In this document: in pieces, positions 23,693 to 30,971 of the stretch
Position numbering within the stretch: position 1 is the first letter of the stretch
Layout: every line of letters begins with the position of its first letter
Assembly: GCA_964396935.1 (NCBI GenBank)
Contig: CAYNGK010000003.1
Coordinates: 1-30,971 of the forward strand
Length of the DNA: 30,971 bases
Direction of reading: 5' to 3'
Source: an uncultured Methanosarcinales archaeon
GTDB lineage: Archaea; Nanobdellota; Nanobdellia; Woesearchaeales; UBA525
Notes under the pieces: generated by a model
Told to the model about the DNA's origin: nothing
The model's database searches: none
Seen by the model: the letters and a program-made list of their open reading frames with translations, nothing else
Translations under genes and position numbers: made by a program

Positions 23693-25990
23693 CTACCCGT
23701 AGTAGCTCGGCTTCTCGGCCATCTCCTTGCCGCGCACCTGGCGGAACCCTTCTTCGAACTCCTTGTACGCCGCCTCGATCTGCTTGTTCACAGACGGACG
23801 GACCTTGAGGAGCGCCGCGAGGAGGTACTCCATGCCGACCTCTTTCGCCTTGATGTTCTCGCGCAGCGCGAGCATGCCCGCTTCGCGGCACACGGCAGCG
23901 ATGTCCGCGCCAGCGTACCCTTCCGTCTTCTCGACGAGCGTGTCCACGTCGACCCCTTTCGCCATCTTCATACCCTTGAGGTGCACTTCGAAGATCTGCT
24001 TGCGCGTGACCTTGTCGGGGACTGGCACGAGCAGGATGCGGTCGAACCGGCCGGGTCGCAAGAGCGCACTATCCACCATATCGGGCCGGTTCGTCGCGGC
24101 GATGACCACGACGTCGTTGAGCTCTTGCATCCCATCGAGCTCCGTGAGGAGCTGGTTCACGACGCGCTCCGTCACGTTCGAGTCCCCGGTGCTCGCGCTG
24201 CGGTGTGGAGCGAGACTGTCGATCTCGTCGAAGAACACGACGCACGGCGAGGTCTGGCGTGCTTTCTCGAACACCTTGCGCACCGCCTTCTCGGACTCGC
24301 CCACCCATTTCGAGAGGAGTTCGGGTCCCTTGACGCTGATGAAGTTCGCTTCCGACTCCTTCGCGACCGCTTTCGCGAGCAAGGTCTTCCCCGTGCCTGG
24401 TGGGCCGTAGAGCAGGATGCCCTTTGGCGGCTTGATCCCGAGGCGTGCGAACGCCTCCTTGTGCTTCAAGGGCCACTCGACCGCCTCGATGAGCTCCTGC
24501 TTCACGCGGTCGAGACCGCCGATATCGTTGTACGTGATGTTCGGCATCTCGATGAGCACTTCGCGCAGCGCTGAGGGGCGCACGACCTTCAATGCCTCGA
24601 GGAAGTCGTCGTTCGTGATGATGAGCTTGTCCAAGAGCTCGACCGGGAGCTCTTCTTCCTCTTGGAGGTTGATGTCAGGAAGCACGCGACGCAAGACGAT
24701 CATCGCCGCCTCTTTCGCGAGCGCGGAGAGATCCGCACCGACGAACCCGTGCGTGATCGCGGCGATCTTCTCGAGGTCCACCTTCTCCTTGCCCTTGTCG
24801 GCCATCGGCATATTGCGCGAGTGGATCTTGAGGATGTTCAAGCGACCAGGGTATTGCGGCACGCCGATCTCGATCTCGCGATCGAACCGACCCGGACGTC
24901 GCAATGCCGGGTCGAGCTGGTTGGGGATGTTCGTCGCGGCGATGACCACGACCTTGCCGCGCGCGTGCAGGCCGTCCATCATCGCGAGCAGCTGCGCGAC
25001 GACACGGCGCTCCACTTCACCCTTGCTCTCCTCGCGCTTGCTGGCGATCGCGTCGATCTCGTCGATGAAGATGATCGATGGCGCATTCTTCTCCGCGTCC
25101 TCGAACTTCTTGCGCAGGTTCTCCTCCGACTGCCCGTAGTACTTGCTCATGATCTCCGGGCCGTTGATGAGGATGAAGTTGCTGTTCGTCTCGTTCGCGA
25201 CCGCTTTCGCGAGCAGGGTCTTGCCCGTGCCTGGCGGGCCGTGCAGAAGCACGCCTTTTGGCGGTTCGATGCCGAGACGCTCGAAGATCTCGGGGTGCTT
25301 GAGTGGGAGTTCGACCATCTCACGGATCTTCTTGAGCTCCTCGTCCAGGCCGCCGATGTCCTCGTACGTGACGTCGATGCGCTGGTCCTCCTTGACATCC
25401 ACCGCTTCGGGGTTGAACACGACACGCGTGTTCTCCGTGATGAGCACCGGCTTCTTCGCCGGCATGGACTCCACGACCACGAACTTGAGATCGCCCAAGC
25501 CGAACGACATCAGGTTATCGTCGCCGAGCATACTGAACATATCATCGAAGAACGGGTTCTCGTTCATCATCGTGCGACGGCGTCGCGTACCGCCCAAGGA
25601 AACGATATCCCCCTTGACGACCGCGCGTCCCAAGAGCCCCCGCTTGAAGATCTGCGGCGACGCGCGGATCATGATGCCTTTACGCGCAGGCGCGATCGTG
25701 ATCTTCTTGCACTCGACCACCTCGACCTTGCGGATGCGCACGTTCTCGCCGATCGTGGTCTTCGCGTTGCGACGCGTCAGGCCGTCCATGCGCACGATCG
25801 TCTGGCCGATGTCGCCGGGCAAAGCACGATCCACGATAGCAACGGTCGTACGCTCGCCCTGGAGCTCCACGATATCGCCGGGGCGCACATCGATCTCCTT
25901 CATGAGCGGCGTGTCAAAGCGCACGATGCCCTTGTTGACGTCGTCCTGGATGGCCTCTGCGACCTTGAGCTGGAGTTCTTGCCGTGACAT
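23693..25990 (-). CDS. cdc48: Cdc48/VAT AAA+ ATPase, 765 aa
   Basis: N-domain and two AAA modules ([15 protein letters not shown] twice, DEID, RPGRFDR). The C-terminal SYYG fits an HbYX proteasome-docking tail. TATTTAAG box at 26021-26014. Confidence 0.97.
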   Translation of the reverse strand: MSRQELQLKVAEAIQDDVNKGIVRFDTPLMKEIDVRPGDIVELQGERTTVAIVDRALPGDIGQTIVRMDGLTRRNAKTTIGENVRIRKVEVVECKKITIAPARKGIMIRASPQIFKRGLLGRAVVKGDIVSLGGTRRRRTMMNENPFFDDMFSMLGDDNLMSFGLGDLKFVVVESMPAKKPVLITENTRVVFNPEAVDVKEDQRIDVTYEDIGGLDEELKKIREMVELPLKHPEIFERLGIEPPKGVLLHGPPGTGKTLLAKAVANETNSNFILINGPEIMSKYYGQSEENLRKKFEDAEKNAPSIIFIDEIDAIASKREESKGEVERRVVAQLLAMMDGLHARGKVVVIAATNIPNQLDPALRRPGRFDREIEIGVPQYPGRLNILKIHSRNMPMADKGKEKVDLEKIAAITHGFVGADLSALAKEAAMIVLRRVLPDINLQEEEELPVELLDKLIITNDDFLEALKVVRPSALREVLIEMPNITYNDIGGLDRVKQELIEAVEWPLKHKEAFARLGIKPPKGILLYGPPGTGKTLLAKAVAKESEANFISVKGPELLSKWVGESEKAVRKVFEKARQTSPCVVFFDEIDSLAPHRSASTGDSNVTERVVNQLLTELDGMQELNDVVVIAATNRPDMVDSALLRPGRFDRILLVPVPDKVTRKQIFEVHLKGMKMAKGVDVDTLVEKTEGYAGADIAAVCREAGMLALRENIKAKEVGMEYLLAALLKVRPSVNKQIEAAYKEFEEGFRQVRGKEMAEKPSYYG

Positions 25991-26135
25991 GGCGTGGAGG
26001 TGAGGAGATGTTCCTTAAATACGGATATTTTTTCCCCCAGAGCGCGTTGGTGGAGAACAGGGAAGGATTAGCGTCCGTTCCCGCCACGTCCGCTACCCAA
26101 ACTATAAAAAGCCGTTTCTGTCCGTCCCGTCGTAT

Positions 26136-27974
26136 ATGGCCTCTGATATCGACCCTGCTGCCGTCGGCCTGAAGGTCGGCCTGGAGATCCACCAGCAGCT
26201 CGGCTTCTCGGGTGGCCGGAAGCTGTTTTGCGCGTGCCCGGCAGAGGTCCTGGACCGCCAGCCGGATGTTGTCGTGCACCGCACGCTGCGTGCCGCGGCG
26301 GGGGAGACCGGTGAGGTCGACGTCGCGGCGGCAGCCGAAGCAACAAAGGCCAAGCGTTTCGCGTACGGCGCGCACCTCCTGAACACGTGCCTGGTCGAGC
26401 TCGATGAGGAGCCGCCGCACCCGTGCGATCCCGATTCTCTCCTAACAGTCCTGATGGTCGCGAAGGCGTGCGACAGCACCATCCTCCCGCGCGTGCAGTT
26501 CATGCGCAAGACCATCGCTGACGGGAGCAACGTCTCTGGTTTCCAGCGCACCGGCCTTGTCGCGTTGGGCGGCACGGTTCCGGGCACGAACGTGCGCATC
26601 CAAACCGTGGCGCTCGAGGAGGACGCGGCGAAGATCGTCGCGCGTACCGCCGGCGAGGACACGTACGACCTGAGCCGTCTGGGTATCCCACTCATCGAGC
26701 TCGCGACCGAGCCCGACATCACGACCCCCGAGCAGGCGAAAGAGACCGCTTCCCAAATCGGTATGCTGCTGCGCAGCACGCGCCGCGTCAAGCGAGGTTT
26801 AGGCACGATCCGTCAGGACTTGAACGTCTCTATCGCCGGTGGCGCGCGCATCGAGATCAAAGGATGCCAAGACCTGCGCCTCATCCCGCAGTACGTCGAG
26901 AACGAGATCCGACGACAGCAAGGATTGCTCGCGCTCGCAACACGCCTCAAAGCGACGCCGCCGCGCTGCCACAACCCCCTCGATGTCACGGAATTGTTCG
27001 CGCACAGCACAGTCGGATTCGTCAAGAAATCCCTCGCGGGGGGCGCGAAAGCCGTCGGTATGCGCGTCGAGCACTTCGCCGGTATCTGCGGGACGGAACT
27101 CCTCCCCAACTACCGCGTCGGGACAGAGCTCGCGGGCATCGCGCGCTCACGCGGGTTTGGCGGCCTCATCCACAGCGACGAGGATCTCGCGAAGTACGGC
27201 GCGGACGCGGGCGCGCTCAAGGCGCGCTTCGGTTGCGCGTCAAACGACGCGTTCCTGATCCTCATCGGCGATCCCGTGCGCGTGCGTTCGTGCCTCACGG
27301 ATGCTCTTGTTCCGCGCATCGCGCAACTCGCTATCGGCGTGCCGAAAGAGGTGCGTAAGGCAGAGCCTGACGCGAGCACCACGTTCCTGCGTCCGATGCC
27401 GGGTGGCGCGCGTATGTACCCCGAGACGGACATCCCGCTCGTGACGGTCGACGCGACGCGCATACCGCCCGTCACGCTGCTCACCGAGCAGGTGGCGCAG
27501 CTCGCGCGCGAGACCGGGCTCTCGCGTGACCTCGCGAAAGAGCTCATCGCGCAAGATGTCCCGCTCGATGACTTGCGCGAGCGGTACCCGAAGATCCCGG
27601 TGACGCTGTTCGCTTCGGTCGCCATCGAGTGGCCGCGCGAGATCAAGACGCGATTCGGGAAGGAGCTTCCGAACGCACTTGAGTTAGCAGAACCATTGTG
27701 GCCGCACGTGGAAAAAGGGACTATCGGTCCAGCAACGGTAAAGACTATTCTCGAGATGGTCGTCCAGACAGGAGTCTCTCCTGAATCGCTCGTCCCGCAA
27801 TTCCAGCAACTCCCCGAATCGCAAGTCCGCGCGCACGTGATCGCGATCATCCGCGCGCACCCCGGTGTCTCACCTGGTGGCTTGATGGGGCTCATTATGA
27901 AGGAGCTTCGGGGTAAGGCCGACGGGAAGCTCCTTGACCGGCTCCTGCGCGAGGAGATGGCGAAGAGCATCTGA
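26136..27974 (+). CDS. gatE: Glutamyl-tRNA(Gln) amidotransferase subunit E, 612 aa
   Basis: KVGLEIHQQL, MRKTIADGSNVSGFQRT, RLGIPLIELAT, RGLGTIRQDLNVSI and RMYPETD. TATAAAAA box at 26103-26110. Confidence 0.96.
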   Translation: MASDIDPAAVGLKVGLEIHQQLGFSGGRKLFCACPAEVLDRQPDVVVHRTLRAAAGETGEVDVAAAAEATKAKRFAYGAHLLNTCLVELDEEPPHPCDPDSLLTVLMVAKACDSTILPRVQFMRKTIADGSNVSGFQRTGLVALGGTVPGTNVRIQTVALEEDAAKIVARTAGEDTYDLSRLGIPLIELATEPDITTPEQAKETASQIGMLLRSTRRVKRGLGTIRQDLNVSIAGGARIEIKGCQDLRLIPQYVENEIRRQQGLLALATRLKATPPRCHNPLDVTELFAHSTVGFVKKSLAGGAKAVGMRVEHFAGICGTELLPNYRVGTELAGIARSRGFGGLIHSDEDLAKYGADAGALKARFGCASNDAFLILIGDPVRVRSCLTDALVPRIAQLAIGVPKEVRKAEPDASTTFLRPMPGGARMYPETDIPLVTVDATRIPPVTLLTEQVAQLARETGLSRDLAKELIAQDVPLDDLRERYPKIPVTLFASVAIEWPREIKTRFGKELPNALELAEPLWPHVEKGTIGPATVKTILEMVVQTGVSPESLVPQFQQLPESQVRAHVIAIIRAHPGVSPGGLMGLIMKELRGKADGKLLDRLLREEMAKSI

Positions 27975-27986
27975 TGTGATTGCTGT

Positions 27987-28796
27987 ATGCGCGTACGATT
28001 CGAGCCACCTGATACGAAGAAGCTCCGTCGTGCAGGCCATACGCTCGTGGACATGCACGCGCACAGCGAGTACAGCCACGACTGCCGCACGCCCCTCGCG
28101 CTCATCATCGCGAAAGCGAGAGCGGAAGGGTACTGCGTCGCGCTCACCGACCACAACCGTGTGGACGGAGTTGCGCAAGCGATCCGGATGCGCGCGCACG
28201 ACACGATCATGCCCGCTATCGAGATCACGACGAAAGAGGGCAAGGACGTGATCGCGTACTTCTACGAGCACCGCGATCTCCTCGCGTTCTACGAGAAGAA
28301 GCTCAAGATGCATATCAAGAAGAAGAGCAGCATCCGCAGCGGCGCGACCGGTATCAGGATGACGGCGCTTCTTGACATCTTGCGCGAGGAGCGCTGCGTC
28401 ATCTGCCTCCCGCACCCGTTCGCGATGCGCCCGCGACGCAGCTACAGCCACTTCCACAGCAAGCGGAACCGGCACCTGCTCGATCACGTGCACGTGATCG
28501 AGGTCATCAACCAGGCGATGCTGCACCGGCAGAACCTCGCCGCGCTCGGCTGGGCGACTGCGCTCAACAAGCCGATCGTCGCGGGGAGCGACTCGCACAC
28601 CATCAAGTCGCTGGGGACCGCGCTCACGGTCGGCAAGTCACGGGACTGGGCGGGATTCCTCGATGAGATCAAGGCCGGCAAGGTGTTTGTGGTCGGCGAG
28701 GAACGGAAACTGCGCCATCAGGTGATGGATAGCGCGAAGAGCGCGACGCGCATCCTCGCGACGAAGGCGAAGATCCTGCGCAAGCGCAAGGTGTGA
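27987..28796 (+). CDS. PHP-domain metal-dependent phosphoesterase, 269 aa
   Basis: DMHAHSEYSHD, LTDHN, AIEITT, PHPF and GSDSH. Confidence 0.9.
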   Translation: MRVRFEPPDTKKLRRAGHTLVDMHAHSEYSHDCRTPLALIIAKARAEGYCVALTDHNRVDGVAQAIRMRAHDTIMPAIEITTKEGKDVIAYFYEHRDLLAFYEKKLKMHIKKKSSIRSGATGIRMTALLDILREERCVICLPHPFAMRPRRSYSHFHSKRNRHLLDHVHVIEVINQAMLHRQNLAALGWATALNKPIVAGSDSHTIKSLGTALTVGKSRDWAGFLDEIKAGKVFVVGEERKLRHQVMDSAKSATRILATKAKILRKRKV

Positions 28797-28804
28797 ACCG
28801 TCCC

Positions 28805-29935
28805 CTATCGGATACGCAGCTGCTTCGCGAGGCGCAAGTATCCTGCGCACCAGCTCATCGCCTCGTCTGTCCAGTAGAAGTACGTGTGGAACGGTTGCCC
28901 GTCGCGGTCGTAGAGTTCCAGGAACGTCCCGTAGCGCTCGATGTTCTTGCGGTACGCGCTCAGGTGCTTGCGTGCGGCGACCTTGTCTATCGTCGAGAGG
29001 ATCCGCACGTACGCGAGCCCCATATGCATCCAGACGCTGTCTGTCTCGTAGTCTTTCGCGAACCAGTTGAGGAAATGCAGGTTTGCCTCCTCGCGATCCT
29101 TGTCGAACGTGCTGACATAGCGCAGGGGGAACGGCATATCGAGACCTGCCGCACGGATGGCGATGATGGTTTCGCTCAACATATGCCGATCCTTGACGAC
29201 CCCTGTCCAGAACGGGTAGACGTTCGCGTCACCCACCACGATGTTCTGCTTCTTCAGGTCGTCGAAGAAGTACGTGCCGTTCCAGTATGTCTCGACGAGC
29301 CGGCCTTTCGCCTGTTTCGCACTGTAGGGGAATCGTATCCCGAGCGCTTCGCACTCGCGGGCGACGACGGCGATCATCGTCGCGTCATAGCAGGATGCCT
29401 TGCGTTTCGCGTGGTCGCGCATACACGTGAACCGCTTGTGCGCGTAGGGCAGATGCGTCTTGGGATCGATGACGTAGCGCACGAAATAGTCGGCTTCTCC
29501 TTGCAGGAACGCCCGGTACTGTTTTCCGAGATCCGTGTTGCCGGTGTGCGTAATCGCGTACAGGAGGAGCGCGAGGGAATCCGGGCCGTAGGACGGGTAA
29601 TCGCGCACCTTCCCCGTCGGTCCGATCAACGTGCGTACGCGACCGTGCTCCTTGAATTGGCGCAGCGCGTACTCGATGGTCGAGCGCACCTCTTTCTTGT
29701 ACCCGAGCGCGACGAGATCCTCGCAGAAGAACGCGAAATCACGTACGAAGAAGTCCCGGAAATGACCGTCGCTGACGCGGTAGTGCCGGTTCTCCTTGTC
29801 GTACGTGTCGTCGATGATCTGTTGGCAGATCCGCTCAGGCGTGCCGGTGTAGCGGTGGAACCCCTGTTGCCGTACACGACGCGCTCGACGGAACATCAGG
29901 AGCAATCCTTTGATCGCTTCTGGCGTGTGTATCAT
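28805..29935 (-). CDS. Putative (alpha/alpha)6 six-hairpin glycosidase-like protein, 376 aa
   Basis: The N-terminal FFVRDF resembles the W/FxRD motif of GH15/GH63/GH133-type enzymes. It also has DANVYPFWTG, a C-terminal FLELY...W, and ATGA coupling to a TrmB gene. Confidence 0.6.
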   Translation of the reverse strand: MIHTPEAIKGLLLMFRRARRVRQQGFHRYTGTPERICQQIIDDTYDKENRHYRVSDGHFRDFFVRDFAFFCEDLVALGYKKEVRSTIEYALRQFKEHGRVRTLIGPTGKVRDYPSYGPDSLALLLYAITHTGNTDLGKQYRAFLQGEADYFVRYVIDPKTHLPYAHKRFTCMRDHAKRKASCYDATMIAVVARECEALGIRFPYSAKQAKGRLVETYWNGTYFFDDLKKQNIVVGDANVYPFWTGVVKDRHMLSETIIAIRAAGLDMPFPLRYVSTFDKDREEANLHFLNWFAKDYETDSVWMHMGLAYVRILSTIDKVAARKHLSAYRKNIERYGTFLELYDRDGQPFHTYFYWTDEAMSWCAGYLRLAKQLRIR

Positions 29936-30684
29936 CCGTGCACCCGCCGTCTTCCTCTCACGACCGATCGAACCGGTGCTTTCGCAGTACGCCAAAGCAC
30001 CTCGAAATAGCTGCGGTACGCTTTCGCGGCGGCAGCGTTCTCGATGAGCACGCCTTCTGGCTCGTCGGTCCAGATGACGATCGCGATCTTGTCCCCGTAG
30101 ATGTTCGTGACGGCGGGACTCGCTTCCACGTCGAGGTACCGGTGCATGCTGTGCGGGGTGTCGTTCTCTTCCCGCCCAGCGCGGCACACGAGCTTTGTCC
30201 TTATCCCGCGCTCGACGCGCATACGCTGGAACTGCGCGGCGAACTCCGGCATGCGGTCGGAGAACTGCCCTTCGGAACCGAACACCATATTGTCCTGCCC
30301 TGCGCGGATGATGTCCAGAAACAGCGACCGGACCCCCTGAGGGCCCTTGAACAGCCGCACTTGCCCCTCGAGCTTGCCCGCCTTGTGCTGCGCGTGCAAT
30401 TCAGGGATGATCTCCTCGACATCGTCGAGTTGTGCCTTGACGTAATCGCGCAGGAGCTTCGGACCGGTCGACTGGAACCACTTCACACGGCCGATCGTCA
30501 CGTAGCTCACCAGCCCTTTTTGCGTGAGCGATCGCAGCGTGTTGTAGCAGCTGCTGCGGTCGATCTTCGCGAGTTTCGCGATGCGGCCTGCCTTTTGCGA
30601 TCCTGCGCGGTTGAGCGCGAGGTACACGGCGACCTCGTTGGGGCTGAATCCCAGCGATGCGAGCGTCCGTGCGGGATCCTTCAT
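29932..30684 (-). CDS. TrmB-family transcriptional regulator, 250 aa
   Basis: LGFSPNEVAVYLAL...IAKLAKIDRSSCYNTLRSLTQKGLVS HTH, plus an effector domain (LFKGPQGVRSLFLDI...IYGDKIAIV). Confidence 0.9.
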   Translation of the reverse strand: MKDPARTLASLGFSPNEVAVYLALNRAGSQKAGRIAKLAKIDRSSCYNTLRSLTQKGLVSYVTIGRVKWFQSTGPKLLRDYVKAQLDDVEEIIPELHAQHKAGKLEGQVRLFKGPQGVRSLFLDIIRAGQDNMVFGSEGQFSDRMPEFAAQFQRMRVERGIRTKLVCRAGREENDTPHSMHRYLDVEASPAVTNIYGDKIAIVIWTDEPEGVLIENAAAAKAYRSYFEVLWRTAKAPVRSVVRGRRRVHG

Positions 30685-30707
30685 TGTTGTAGTGTATTCT
30701 ACAACAA
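30684..30707. promoter_or_regulatory. Putative TrmB operator: perfect 9-6-9 inverted repeat TTGTTGTAG-tgtatt-CTACAACAA
   Basis: It fills the space between the TATA (30709-30715) and the TrmB start codon. Confidence 0.75.
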
Positions 30708-30744
30708 GTATTTATGTGTTTGGCAATTTCTCTCAGGCCGTACC

Positions 30745-30971
30745 ATGAGGCGGCTCTCGGTACGGCGGCAGGAACTGCCGACGCTCATCGCCGCACTGGC
30801 ACGCGACCTGGACCGGCCTCTCTACCGAGGTCTCGGTACGACCGCGCTCGCGGAGTACCGCGCTGCGGGTACACAGACCCCACGCGACGGTGACCTCGCC
30901 GCGGGGTGCGGGGTCTGCTTCACGACCGACCTCGACTACGCCCTCGCCTGCAGCGCAGGAGTGCTCCTGGT
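30745..30971 (+). CDS. Partial hypothetical protein (runs off the edge), possibly ADP-ribosyltransferase-like fold
   Basis: Open frame from ATG 30745: MRRLSV...PLYRGLG...GVCFTTDLDYALAC. It is divergent from trmB and shares the TATA region. Confidence 0.5.
   Translation, partial: MRRLSVRRQELPTLIAALARDLDRPLYRGLGTTALAEYRAAGTQTPRDGDLAAGCGVCFTTDLDYALACSAGVLL

Noticed and set aside
25996-26172. ORF from ATG 26008 with a perfect SD (GGAGGTGA) at 4-nt spacing
   Set aside because: It runs across both the cdc48 and gatE TATA boxes, has poor codon usage and has no plus-strand promoter. It is most likely the reverse complement of the pyrimidine-rich cdc48 leader.
27672-27788. DGR variable repeat as the explanation of the gatE codon patch
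   Set aside because: There is no template repeat or reverse transcriptase in the window, and gatE is an essential housekeeping gene rather than a typical DGR target.
549-30010. Many long overlapping ORFs in the track (e.g. 1551..3071+, 5021..6514+, 13202..15271-, 24662..25987+, 28793..30010+)
   Set aside because: They are antisense or off-frame shadows of well-supported genes, expected in GC-rich DNA, and they lack motifs and promoters.
1-30971. CRISPR arrays, IS elements, integrases, tRNA or rRNA genes, inteins
   Set aside because: I saw no spaced direct repeats, transposase or recombinase ORFs, cloverleafs or intein motifs by eye.

Overview
This is a gene-dense, GC-rich window from an archaeal chromosome. 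Archaeal origin rests on GatD/GatE, Cdc48, Rpp21, Bud32, Dph6, a Nip7-like gene, a TrmB regulator, and TATA boxes about 22-33 nt upstream of most starts. The gene mix looks like a DPANN (Woesearchaeota-like) lineage, but that assignment is inference. Contents from left to right: (i) a phosphoketolase-acetate kinase operon, where ackA is missing from the supplied ORF track and xfp appears to start at a non-canonical ATC; (ii) a membrane protein plus winged-helix pair; (iii) a copper-handling cluster (CcdA, two cupredoxins, Cys-rich ArsR with a palindromic operator, CopZ, an HMA-fused Met-rich membrane protein, frameshifted CopA); (iv) housekeeping genes; (v) three consecutive exported or membrane-anchored hydrolases (Lon-type S16 protease, MltD-like lytic transglycosylase, PLD) with a candidate ~150-nt structured ncRNA between the first two; (vi) a SET-domain protein, a NUDIX hydrolase and an HQxxH lipoprotein between gatD and cdc48; (vii) a TrmB-glycosidase pair with its own operator. 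I found no rRNA, tRNA, CRISPR array or mobile element. The strongest leads are the secreted peptidoglycan-type transglycosylase in an archaeon, the promoter-supported orphan structured RNA, and the HMA/Met-rich membrane protein. All motif, fold and family calls were made by eye with no database searches.
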